From the NCBI RefSeq assembly GCF_964355755.1, contig NC_092672.1:3162001-3226000 (forward strand): DNA of 64,000 bases, read 5' to 3'. Below the pieces are notes generated by a model, which saw nothing but the letters and a program-made list of their open reading frames with translations, had not been told where the DNA came from and did not search any database. Below are positions 37,601-50,400 of this stretch, in pieces; positions within the stretch are counted from its first letter, which is position 1; each line of letters opens with the position of its first letter. A program made the position numbers and the translations under genes. This DNA is from Antedon mediterranea (Eukaryota > Animalia > Echinodermata).

Positions 37601-39157
37601 ATTTTGTAATCGTAGTACATGAATTGTGTATGTTTGAATTTGAAAAAAAAATGAATTGTTTCGAGTTCCGTAATTGAAATTCAAATGACAATAATTGTAA
37701 TCATTACATTCAATTTACACCGGTACAATACAATGAGAAAGCAAGACAAGTTAGATATAATTACATTAGTATCTGTCATCATTTAACGACATACGGTAAT
37801 TGATTGACAAACAAATAGAAGTTCTTCTACCTATAAACCATCATTGACAGCAGTGTTTTTGTTCATCAATATAATATTTGTTTTATCACCGGTTGTCTAT
37901 ATTGTAATTTGATTATTATACAAAATATTATGCAAATGTTAATTGCAATATATTATTTAATATTTTTACCCGACACCATTACAAGTCATTGATTCATACC
38001 GGTATTAAAAGTAATATTGTTTTACAATTTTGAATTTATTTATATGATCTCTTTGTGAAGAGTTATTATGAGAGCATAATTCTTGAATGATTAATATTTT
38101 TCTTTGTCTTAATAATAATAATAATAATAATATCCTGGATTTATAAAGCGCCCAATGTTGTGAAACCTCTAAGCACTGTATACAAAATGAGAAAAAAGCT
38201 AAAGCTCTGTCTACACTATCAAACTTTATGTGACAAAAATATATGATGAGCCCATATATGGCCATGATGTCACATCACTATCACTACCCTATTTGGGCAC
38301 ATCACACTTTTTTGTCAAACTAGCTAGTCTAAATTGAACCCTGGTCAGCACCAGTTGTGCCTCGGTCATCCCTCTTATAGAATACAAGCACACTCGTTTG
38401 AGTTTTGTTTTTAATATATAAATGCTCACCTGCAAGATTTGCAGTAATTCCTATTGAAAAGTAACAAGTACACTGCGGACAACTTAGCGAAATGGTGACA
38501 TCCACAAGAAATGACACCTGAAAGCAAATACGAGAATATTGCATTCATAGAATACATACACAGACTAATAATCATAATAATATTAATACCTATATATTTT
38601 CAAAAAATCGAATGATAGTGGAAAAGAAACACCAACTGTTCTGTTGTGTAAATTAAAACCTTTGAAACATCACTTTGAAGCATTAGCCTATATTAATGAA
38701 TGATAATAATATAATAGTTCGTTCAAAAGGTTGTCAATGCTCAGTCCATAAATAGTTTTAAAAACAATTGAAGAAATCTGGGTCTTCAAAACAATACAAA
38801 TACTCATTTTGTGTTTTTATAGTTTATTTTGTATTTACTGTTTGTATTGTTTGAGGGTCCCTATTTTAATGATCAGCTTATGCTGGATGGACCACCCTCA
38901 TAAAATATTGTTGAAATAAATAAAATAAATAAAATTAAAATAGTTTCACAATTTTGCCATCTAGGTACGCATTAGTCACACAGTGCACAACTCTCTACTT
39001 AATTTTCCTGTTCTCTGTGTTTTCAGGGCGAAAACGGCTTCAACCGAAAATTCCTGTAATCATGTGACTAACACATTATGAATAAGTAATACAACATTGA
39101 AATGTTACAAAACGTTACCTGTAAAAAGGATAAAAGCAATCTCTTCAGCATCAGCAT
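21481..39157 (-). CDS. Chimeric LGR/GRL101-like GPCR: signal peptide, 7 SRCR, LDLa, kringle, 6 LDLa, LRRNT, ~5 LRR, rhodopsin-type 7TM; 27 exons, ~1735 aa
   Basis: Exons: 39119-39157 and 38430-38517 (signal); SRCR 35526-35822, 35032-35325, 34067-34366, 33281-33580 (divergent), 32256-32546, 31336-31653, 30842-31144; linker 30683-30736; LDLa 30178-30309; kringle 29462-29701 ([20 protein letters not shown]); LDLa 28822-28947, 28343-28459, 27996-28106, 27219-27371, 26544-26660, 26205-26321; LRRNT 25740-25848; 25346-25441; 72-nt LRR exons 25078-25149, 24858-24929, 24368-24439, 23960-24031; hinge+7TM 22476-23527 ([50 protein letters not shown]); tail 21761-21945, 21481-21561. Total 5208 nt, phases consistent. 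The two 5' exons are the least certain. Confidence 0.88.
27088..27231. repeat. 31-bp tandem repeat (4.6 copies) containing the exon end and splice donor of an LDLa exon
   Basis: Unit AACCTACCACAATTACGTAATAATACGTAAT at 27088, 27119, 27150, 27181, 27212. Confidence 0.95.
29818..30162. repeat. Degenerate (GTAGTG)n / GTA-rich microsatellite, intronic
   Basis: Low-complexity GTAGTGGCAAGTGTTAGTG array directly after the LDLa donor at 30177. Confidence 0.9.
31715..32145. mobile_element. MITE family B copy nested inside another family B copy
   Basis: Outer TIR AGCGTGGTTCCCACTAGCGACGCAAC at 31715; inner element 31896-32105; outer end GTCGCTAGTGGGAACCAAGC at ~32125-32145. Confidence 0.8.
36264..36480. 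mobile_element. Harbinger-like MITE family B (representative copy)
   Basis: TIR AGCTTGGTT(T/C)CCACTAGCGACGCAAC, TTA/TTA TSD. Related copies at ~22328-22455, 26355-26490, 26869-27060, 27424-27585, 27835-27976, 30517-30657, 32712-32890, 34478-34714, 35870-36020, 40403-40555, 53842-54011, 57619-57920. Confidence 0.85.
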
Positions 39158-40159
39158 TTCTGATGCATTGATGTTCAGTTTTTTCTTTCCGTGTCAAATA
39201 TTAATTGATAAATAGCTTTGATTGATACCAACAAGTAAAATAAACGTCTTTCGGTTGCAACAAAAATATTTCTAATTTCATGTTTTGCGACAGATATCCG
39301 CTTTTTTAAAGCAGAAATAAGTTGTCGGTATTAAACCTTGCTGCTGTAAGATATGTGAATCGATGAAAATGCTGAATGTTTTATATTGATGAACCTATAT
39401 TGGGGGCGTCACCGTTATATAATTAGCAAGAACACAAGGATGTACCAAGACTGCGTTAAAGATGAGCTGAGATGAAATCATATCTATACCTCATGAATAT
39501 TAAACGGCAATCAGCGAAATTAGAACGCGTTTTAAGTTGCATGTCAACGGAGAAATGCGTTTACAAATACAATAGGAAAACGGTCCTTCTTCTTTCATCT
39601 TTTTTATTCAATCAATGATGGATTTTACAAAGGATTAAATGATATTATAACTGAAGTTCCCAAAGTGTTCGCTGTAAAATGTAAAGAGAATAGCATGCCG
39701 TAGTAAAACACTTGAAACACTAATCTATAACAACTAAAGAAACTAAGTTTTAATTTTAAAATATTTTCTCAATTGTACTAGAATTGAAAGCAATGATTCA
39801 TAATGTCTAATGTTTCCCCTAACTAATACTAGTTTATGTTGCAAGATCAATTGAATTCGTTACAAAAAAATTAACGGATGCTTTTAACCTTTAAATCTGC
39901 TTGGGCCTAACATAGGAACTAATTCAATTTCGAAGAAGATAACTTAACCCTGTTTTTATATTTTAAAGACGAAAAACAAGAATAAGAAATATCAGTAATA
40001 AAATTTAACTATATATAAATAAGATTAAACTATTTTAATATTAATATCATATTATTTATTATAATTTTTATTTTTTTGTAGAATGCATGCATATAAGAAC
40101 GTATCAGATTTTGTAAATCCACAGTGCGTGGTTTTGTTACATTTTTTGGAATAAAGTTA

Positions 40160-40193
<34 letters not shown>

Positions 40194-40560
40194 GATTATA
40201 CATTGTAAATGATCGGAAGTCATAATGCTTAGTAAAATGTGGGAGGATGGATGTATAGGCTAGTAGTAGGGTCTAAGTAGATAAGAAACTAAAGTTGCTA
40301 TTTATTGTCGTCAGATAGTACGAAAATCGTGTGCAAAAACGGCTAAAGCTAAAAAATGCGACATTAAGTTTGCGGTCGATTTCTCATCACTTTATCGCTT
40401 AAGCTTGGTTCCCACTAGAACGCAACGCAAGGACGTAAGCCGCAACGCAATTGACCAATCACAAGAAACGGTTCGAATAATTCTTTGCTTGATTTGGTCA
40501 ATTCGCTTGCGTTGCGGCTTACGTCCTTGCGTTGCGTTCTAGTGGGAACCAAGATTAAAC

Positions 40561-43500
40561 CTACAAAATGCGACATTCAGTGTGCGGTCGATTTCGCATC
40601 ACTTTATCGCCTTGGCGCGTACAACATTGTATTATGTTCAACATTGTTTTGTGTGTTTGTGGATCAACTTCATGATCACGGACTGTATAGTTACGAACTG
40701 TGAAGATGAACTGGATTCCCAGATCTTCCAGATCACTGACAATCTCTTCCACTCGATGCTCCTTTGCTTCGTCTATGTGAGTAACGACTGCTATTGGAAG
40801 TTCACCTGAAAATATAGTAGTATAGAGTTAGCCTAGTCTCAAGCTCTGTTTACACTATCAAACTTTATGTCGCAAAAAAATGTGATTTGTCCATCTATGG
40901 ACATGATGATGTCTTATCACTACCAGATGTGTGCATATCACCATAATTGGGTACATCACACCAACTAGTTTGATAGTGTAGACAGGGCCTTAGTTTGCAA
41001 ACTCTGAGTTCGCCCAGAAAGGTTTAGCCAGCGGTAGATCAGTAGACAGTCTAACAAGATAACTAATGTCATGCTATCCTGGAGATACAGTGTATAAACT
41101 GTCCTCACAAACTTCTCCAAACAGTGAAAAACTCTGAACTTGTAAACGAAGTAAAAATTTCCAAGTCTAGAAAAATAGTTGAGGCTACTGTGAAGAAGGA
41201 CAAAATTTCACTTTGATTAAGTTCCTGAATAAGTTCAAGTCAATCGTTCGTGTAACTTTGGTGACATGCATACTCACTCGTAGCCATTTTTATTCGTTTT
41301 GCAAACTCCCCCATCTCTTTCACACGGAGTGTACGATCAGAAGCTCTGGGAGAAAAGAAAATGGTTAGAACCATTAGTATTAATAGTTCATGCCCCAAGG
41401 GACGACATTATTAGGTATATATCCTGGTATTGTACTTACCTGACAACAAGCAGAGCAATATGAATCTGGCAATCTTTAGTGTCTCCTCCTCGTAACGCCA
41501 TCTCTTTTGCGTCAACTAGCTTATCAACGACGTTCCTATTCCAGTTCACATTGTCAGAATTTTCACGTAAACCACCTAAAATGGACAAATGTAAATAATC
41601 AATACAGGAATAATGATGATGATGATAATGATGATAATGATGATAATGATGCTGATGATGATAATGATGATGATTTATACCATAAATGCGCAAAACCATT
41701 TCAATTTAAAGACTAAATGAAGTTGACTTGAACATGTAGGTATAGATGTTTAACATAATACCATCTTAATGGGTTTTTAATTGTTTAAAAAGTTACTTCG
41801 TACATAATTGTGTAGCTACGACAGCTACAGTAGCTTCGTCGAAATCCGGCATACCACGGTTGTCGAACACCGCAATCTGATCTGTCAAGAACACTTTGAG
41901 AAAGCCTCTGGTCTTACTGTCATCTGTCGTGTTACACACACCAGTTCGTTCGCCTGTAATATCCTCGTATGCTTTCTTCTGATCGTAGCCTAAGACATAT
42001 TTAAGTGAATTGATGAGACAGGATTTGCCGGATCCAACTGAGCCGAAGACGGCGATGTATAGTTCTTTAGGAAGGTCTTCAGCGAGTGGTCTGTCAGTGG
42101 GTTCTAGAGTCGTACTTGGCTTGTATCTTTTAAGCGTCTTCAAAGTTTGCCTAGCCTCTTTATCAAGATCAATGATGTTCAGTTGACGTAAAAACTGATA
42201 GCCAGGGGCATACATTATGACGTAATCAGTGCCAGGAATTTTTAAACCTTCTTCCAAATTATACTAAAAAGTAATAAATGAAAATATGTTTAGTTTATAC
42301 AAGTGGTGACGGACGGAATTTAAATTTTGCATTAATAATACAACGCTCAAATGAAAGAATAGTAACTACATTAACATTACCTTTAAAATGTCATTTCTCA
42401 GTGACAAAGTACAGTAGTGTCATTTCATAAGAATTTCCTAGACCTAAAATTCAATATACGTTCACGCTCAGACTGTAGTACTTTGTAAACATCCAGATTG
42501 TACGCTAGCGGCACACAAACTAATATTGATCTCTGCCAATTTATTTTTCTAATCTATTTATATTTGATCTGTTAACAATGATGTCATATCGATTAGTATT
42601 GATTAGTTTATTGTATAAATGATAGTTTGATGGTTTAATCGGATCATAGGATCAAAGAAAATATCGCCGTGGGAACAGACATTATGACGATAATTTAACC
42701 TACAAAATAATTGTCATTAATAGTACATCTATTGTATAATTATACATACTAATAGTAGTATAAATATATCGAAAAAAAAGTATCGCAAGTTTTCACACGG
42801 CACTCTTTCAATTATATTATGCACACGGCACTTTTGCTTGAAAGTTTTAGCAGAATGTGAAAGTTCAAGAGTCGCGTATAATGTAACTAAGAATAATATG
42901 GTATTAAGACTAAGTAAATTTACTGAAAGCCAACAATGATGACGATGGTAAATAGAGCTCTAAAGCAAGATTGGTAAATCGAAAGAAGATTGATATTTAG
43001 ATTAATTTTTAAAGCTCCGTCTTCACTACCAAATAAAAAAATGTGATGTGCCCAAATATGGCAGTGAAATGACATCATCATGTCCATATTATCGGCACAT
43101 CACATTTTTTTGTCACATAAAGTTTGATAGTGTAGACAGATAAGCATTGTATGTAGATTATAATTATTATTAATGATAATAAGGTTGACGATTTGATTGT
43201 TGATGGATTCAAGAGTGAGTTCAATAATTTTAAAACAATTAATGTTGACAAAAAGTAGGAGGAGGCCTAGAGGTTGATTTTACTGGCAATGATGACGGTA
43301 ATGAAAATGATACTGAAAACGACAATAAGTGACAATAAGTATGATGATGATGATGACACTGTTGATGAAGAAAAGAATGATGATGCTAATTAAAGATGAT
43401 GACGACAATGGTGAAGATGATACTAATGAAAACGGATGACAATAAGTATAAAGACGATCGACCGTTTTGATGAAAAGTATGATGATGGTGTTAATTAGTA

Positions 43501-43797
43501 GTGATGCTGAAGAGGAGGCAGAGGAGAAATATGATGATGATGATGATGATGACGATGATGGTGATGATGATGATTATGATGATTGAGAAGATGATGAATG
43601 ATACTGATTGATAATAATGATGGTGATGATAATGGTGACGGCATATCGCAATCAACCAGGATGATGGCGAAACCCGTTGATAATGATTATGATATTGAAG
43701 ATGATAATGATGATAACATTGATGAAAACCTACTTACAACCTCGGTTTTCTTGGTTCCCGGTAATCTTGGTTCAGCCGGTATTAATATCTCTGACAT
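40561..43797 (-). CDS. IFI44-like P-loop GTPase with C-terminal CaaX box (CRIL), 5 exons, 322 aa
   Basis: Exons 43738-43797, 41804-42263, 41440-41575, 41278-41345, 40561-40805 (969 nt, phases consistent). G1 GSVGSGKSCLINS, G3 DNRG, QIHIALLVV, G4-like PIAVVTHID, IFI44-like FTVRNYT..HEVDP..ML; ends RNRPHTECRIL*. Confidence 0.8.
43285..43725. repeat. Degenerate (GAT)n low-complexity tract in intron 1 of the GTPase gene
   Basis: GAT/GAC/AAT runs broken by stops; a smaller (GAT/AAT)n tract lies at 41610-41673. Confidence 0.85.
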
Positions 43798-44473
43798 CCT
43801 CGTGCGAATGAAGCGCACATTTTGATTTGTACGTCTGGTCCTGTGCTCACAAAGTCAAATACTGTGATCAGCAAAACGAAATTAAATCAATTTATTTCGC
43901 TTCATTGGTAATAATACAAATACAAAAATGTGGGTGGTGGTTAAATCAGGTACCATGCAAAACAGGGTGTTCAATTATCGATTTGTATTGATCCGCCTGT
44001 TGATCGTTTATTTAGGACGTCCACGTCAACATATTACAATAATCATTTGTGATTGTAATGATACTTTTTCCATAAATTTATTATCACTTATCAAACTTTA
44101 CGAAGGCCAAAACCACGGTAAATTTATGATAAATCGATCGTACAGTATTCGAAACGTGTATGAACAATTGATTAGGCCTACAGTACTGTAAAAAGAAATG
44201 ATAAAATATTTGACTGAAATAGGCTATTATTTAAAAGATTTTATCTACAAGAAATAGTCATATTGACTGTGTGTGATGTAATTATAAAACAGTATAGCGC
44301 CACCAATATAATCTAAAAAATAAACTTTCCGTTGGTGGCGGGCGCTGCTCCTTTCACAAAAAAAATCGTCTGCTGCTACTGGATTGAAAAGTACTTTCTG
44401 CCTCTTTTTTGGCCTAATAGTAGTAGCCTAGGAGGCTAGACCTATTCAATCTTATCTTACTGGTCGAAATAAT

Positions 44474-47400
44474 ATGTCTTTTAATAACAGGTAGATTAAA
44501 TGTTTCTTACACAGCAACTTCATCTTTACGACCCTAACACTTTAGGCCTAGCCTAGCATGACCTAAAACTAAAAGGCTAGCCTAGAGGCCTAGGCCTAGG
44601 TAGGCTAGCCTATCCTCTAGCTAGTAGTAGGCTAGGCTGACCCAGTTTGACTGACTGTCTGAGCTGTGTGGGCGGTACACACAGCAGGTGGACTGAGCGA
44701 GGATTGATTTTATTCTGCCTACCCAGCAGAAGATTTGATCTAGGCCTAGGCCTAGCTAGGCTAGCCGGCGCTAGTTATAATAATAATATGCTAGGCTAGG
44801 CCCAGGGGCCTAGCCTAGTTAGGGCCTAGCCTAGGCCTAGGGCCTAGGCCTTTTTTTAACTAAAACTAAATATCTTACAAATTTAATTAACGCTAAAGAT
44901 GCATTGTCCCTTTGTCAATAAAAAAAAAATAAAAAGATTTCGAAAAAAAGTGGGTCATTTTGAAGTATCATAATAGTTATTAACTTTTACCAAAAAATAG
45001 TCAGAAAAAAATCATTTAACTTAAATACATACGTTTTTTGGTTCAAAAAATAACTTTGACTTCCATCCAGTCAAAGTTTTCGATCAAAACATATCTCATA
45101 ATGCAATGCGCACATTTGGCTGCTCTGTATGCATAATCATAAAACTTCCTCGCGATCTGTGTGAAAACACCTTCTCAACAGTGACAAGTTGTAAACAATC
45201 GTAATTAGCATCATGCATGTATACTCATGGTTTGAAATCTTTGTTTTCCAGACGAAATGTAATCAAATTAATTTAGCTATTAATTACGTAAAATTGTTGT
45301 TTTTGTCTTGAATTTTTTTTAAAGTGAATAACTTTAATATTACTTTGATATGGCCAATTAAAATTTAGTATATTTTGACCTTCATTTTTTGGTGTTTCAA
45401 GGGACAATACATCTTTAATTAAGGCCTAGCCTCTAGCCTAGCTAGTCTCTATCTAGGCCCTACTAGGCTAGGCTAGTACTAATTAAAATATACTGTAATG
45501 CACTTGTCAATTGTATGACTCACTATACGACCCCCGGGAGAGGTGCGTCATGGGTGTGTCATTTACAAATAATTACTGACGCAGGGGTGCGTCAAAAAAC
45601 CTAGATGGTACGTCACATCAATGAACAAGGTGTGTCAATGTCCGTCACTTTACCACCCACCATATCATAAACAACATGGTCACAGTGCGTCAAAATGGGT
45701 GCGTCATGGTCACCTAAAGGTAAGTCACCTTTTTGTAAAAGTATGACGCATATCGAACAAATGACGCACCTCTCCCGGGGGTCGTATAGTGGGTCATACA
45801 ATTGACAAGTGCATAAGCTATATAAATTATAATAATATCATAAATTGAGTGGAGGAGACTGGAACCAGGTATGCCTAACCTACAATACTTTTTTATAACA
45901 ATTTTTTTTCAAAATTTTGTTTTCTAGAAATCCTCAAGTGCCAAATCCTGGTAAGTTTAAATGACTAGACCTCGGCTTTAAATAAAAACAATAAATATAA
46001 AATATTTCTCGGTAAGTTATGATAATTAATTCCATTTAAAGTGCATACCTTTATAGTATTTCTCCCAATTCATAACAGAAGCACTAAAAGCTATTAAATT
46101 CTCATGTATGTTTGATGATAATTTTAGGTACAATGAATAGGTTACCAGGGCAACAGCAACTAACCCCCGGCCAGATGCAGCAGGGCATGATGGGAGTTAT
46201 GCCTAATCAACAATTTCCCATGATGCAACAAGGGATGATTCCGGGACAAATGTACCATCAGCAAATGTATGCGAGACAAATGAATCCTCAGGTAACATTA
46301 CATGAAAATGAGTTAATATAAATGTACCAGTAGCAACATGGTTATTTCAGTGTGTACAGTTAATGTCACCAAACAATGTTCTACACCAATGGCTAAACTC
46401 ATAGATAACAACACACAGTTAATATGTATTCATAATTATTTATTATAAACCCCAACTTTACAAATAACACAGGTTTCCCGGCATGAAACACTGACACAAT
46501 GATCGTAGTGAAAGCACATAATTGTCACATACAATCAATGTTACCATCTACAGTATAGGAACTTGACTACCCAAGTTCCTAAAAATAAACCAACTCTAGT
46601 ATTACTAGTTATGTTATTCCATAATCTGAATACCCAAGTCAATCAATTAAAAGCACCAACTTGATTACGCATAATATAGAACTTTCAAGGTATGCCAGGC
46701 CCTGGTCAACAACAAGCCTACAATATGCAGATGCAGGGATATATGATGCAAAGGGTACCTTTTCAAGGGTAAGTCACTATTTGTTTATTTCAACTTTATT
46801 AGAAAAAAACTTTCATAGCTTCAGTACATTTTGTCTTACCTTTGTCAGTTTTTCTTTGTACTGAAGGTTTGTAAAGTTAGAATTAATTAAGAATATTGAT
46901 ACTTTTTTTCTGATTAGGTCACCACATGAACAAGAAGAAATGAAGAAGAAAATGGAAAAAGACAAAAAAGACCGTCAGTTCCAAGAGCAACAGAGACGCC
47001 TTAAAAGTATGGAAAAACCTGGCGTCAGAAGTGGTGTTAATCCTCTTGATGATTTGATTGGACGACAGTTGGGCCAGGACTCCAGGAAGCACCCACCAGG
47101 AGGTAATACTTGCATTCTCTCTCAGAGACATTTTAGTAGTAGAAGCACCCAGTAGTTAAAGAGTTTCCACCTGAAAATTGTTTTATTTGTTAAATATGCC
47201 ATTTCATGTTACAAAATAATTATTCACTTTGACAAAAATACAAAGCAATACAATGATACAAAAATGATTACTTTATTTGTTTATATTTAGTAAATATGAT
47301 TCAAGAGATTCAAATTTCATTCTCATCCATTTCTTGAAATTCCATTGCTTGCATTAAAAATTGCAAAATAATATTTATTCACTTTGACCATGGAGGAAAT

Positions 47401-50400
47401 ATAAATATTTCTTCCATGCTTTGAACACGGCGAATACAATACAATGATATAACAATTATTTACTTTAATTGTTTACATTTAGTAAATATGCCTGGAAGTT
47501 ACATGCAAGGAGGTAATTACATGCAACAGTTACCCCAAGCAAATAGACCAGGGATGCAACAGATGGGAATGTACCAAACTCAGACAATACAATCTCAGCA
47601 TCTAGGTATTCAACAACAACAGCAGTATATGGCTACTCAAATGCAGAGCTTCCAAGGAATGGTAGCCCCCGGCCAACAGTCCCAAAGTATGATGGCATCT
47701 CAGATGATGTCTAATCAACCATCACAAGGCATGATGCCAAACCAGATTCCAGTGACCGCTAACCAACAACCGCAAGGCATGATGCCGACTCAGAATCCAG
47801 TGTCTGCTGGTCAACAGTCTCAAGGTATGATGTCATCTCAGATGATGTCTAACCAACCATCACAAGGCATGATGCCAAACCAGATTCCAGTATCAGCTAA
47901 CCAACAACCGCAAGGAATGATACAAGGCATGATTTTTTTTAAACAATTTTTATCTTTTTAATTCTTACTTTTGCTTGAAAATAAATACAACTTAAAATGC
48001 GTTTTTATCTTTAATTAATTTTTATACATGTTAACGTTAATGCATTTTCTTTCTTTTATAATCTATCGAATTAACTTTTTTTATAAATACAAATATGATG
48101 CGTTTTTGTCTTTAATTACATTGTTATACATGTCATCATTAATACATATCCTTTCTTTTATAATCTTATACACTAATTATACTTATATATTTTTTTTTAT
48201 ACATACATTATCAATTAACAAAAATTGTTTTCTCTTTTTACCAATTTTATCTTTTTAATTCTTGCTTTGCTTGAAAATAAATACAAATTAAAATGCATTT
48301 TTATCTTATATCTTATATTATAGTTAAGGGGATAATATTTTTCTTTGAAATAATGCAGCAAAATAAAAGGTATATAGTTTAAAGTACAAAACATATCGGT
48401 CATGACCAACAGATAGTATAAAATCATTCATTTTTTTCTCAAATACAGGCATGATGCCAAACCAGATTTCAGCGACTAGCAAACAACCGCAAGGTATGAT
48501 AAACCAGGCCGGTATGAATGTATTACAACCACAGAATACACTACAACCAGCACCTGATAATTCTGCTGTGAGTAATGACTTCGGAGACTTTCACCAAGGA
48601 CCAACCATGGCTTCTCAACCTGCCAACAATAAAGTAACTTCATTCTCAACAGAGATAACAACACATGTAACCACAAGCCAGCCACATGTAGTACAAAGTA
48701 GTGACAGTGATTTTGGTAGCTTCCATCAGGTACCGGTGAAATCAACAGATGAGGTTGCTGTTCAAAAGGAGAGTCCTGAAGAACCAGCACCAGTTTTGGA
48801 AGAAAGTTTTGGCGAATTTGAGAAAGGACCTCAGGTGCAAACAGTTACACAAGAAGATGTAGCAAATACAAAAGAACCAGGAGGTGAGGCATTGATATAT
48901 ATGTGGTGTTACGATAACAAAAACGGATACGTCACACATTTGTGAAACTTTTGAGTTCATAAAGCGTATTCGTGTTGACGAATATCACCAGTCATATTCG
49001 TAATTACAAAACTAGTATAGTTTTAATCGATTTTGCATTTGAATCAGGAATGATTCATGATTAAAATATAATTATACTTTTATTGAAAGTAATTTACTAA
49101 AGTAATTTACTAAAATGCCAGGTCAATTTTGATAAATAGCAGTTTTTAAAGTCCTCACTCGCTTTGATGTTACGCTAGGCCTAGGCAGCCAAGCAACACG
49201 TACCTGCACTTCGCTCAAATTTACAGCAGTCATATTTTGGATGGCGCCCTCAATATTTCATTGCCATGCAAAACAAATTTTTACTGGCTTACGAAAAACG
49301 AATACGTTTTCGTTATCGTATTCGTAAGATTGCGAAAACTCCCTATTAACATAATACAGCCCAACTGTGAATTTAAATATTGAAAGCATAGCTTAACTGT
49401 AGAGGATATTATTAAAACAGTTGTAGGCATCTGCATTAATAGTAATGATATCCAGGATCGGGAGTTGAAATCCAACGCTAGTCACATTACTTGTAAGTTT
49501 GCCTCTCTCCACCCAGGTGTACAAATAGGTACCTGGTCAAAGGTCAAAACATAATGCGCTAAGGCTGCATTATGGGTGTATGTATCTATTCATGTTTGAT
49601 CAAAAAATAACCCTGGGTAATAATGTGAAGCACTTAGAGGCTTTACGCATAAAGTGCTATATAAGAATGAAATAGCATATTATTATCATCAAGATATTTG
49701 TTATTTTTCTCTGTAGCTTTATCTTTAGAGGAGATGATGTCAAAATCAACAAACTTAAGCGCAGCAGCACCAAAGACCTCTCGCAAAATGTTCAACCAAA
49801 AGAAATCATTGAATGAGGTCAAAACATCAACATCGAAAACACAGAAAGTGTTTAATGATAGTACAAAGGCAAGAGTGTGGTCTGGATCAGACAGTCTTGC
49901 AGGGATGTTTGCTGGGAAGAGCAAAGGAACTATAGAAGGAAGTATAGCAACTGCAGAGGAGAACATTCAACAACAAGAAGTTTCTAGTAATGTTGATAAA
50001 GAATTTCCAAACTGGTAAGAAACTGTTCAGTCCCTAATGACTGATAATAATAATGACCTGATAATTTAAGCTTTGTTTATTATGACCTGGTTGTTTTCAG
50101 TTGATTTGTCTTGACCTGTTTCCCACTTGTCTTTGTCCCTTCATTCTGTATCCCAGGCAGACCTGACTCAAGATTCTGCATCTTTCTGGGATCCTGCCTG
50201 CTTCCTTCCCCCCCCCCCCCCCCCCCAGGCTCATTTTTATTTGTATATGTTTATTTTTATTTCATTATTGTTTCAATCTTTAAAGGAAGAAAAATAAATG
50301 TTGTTTTTTAATTTGAATATTTGGGCATTTTATAAAGGGGTTGTCAATATTGGTAGTACTGTTTAGTGCTTGTAACGATATAGGCAAGGATAGCAATCAC

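Noticed and set aside
43598-43825. Asp-rich plus-strand ORF (and His/Asp-rich ORFs at 41436-41716)
   Set aside because: GAT microsatellite in introns of the minus-strand GTPase; only 41440-41575 and 43738-43797 are coding, on the minus strand.
45516-45527. T7-promoter-like GACTCACTATA
   Set aside because: Part of a MITE terminal inverted repeat mirrored at ~45785; lacks the TAATAC and GGG context, so not vector contamination.
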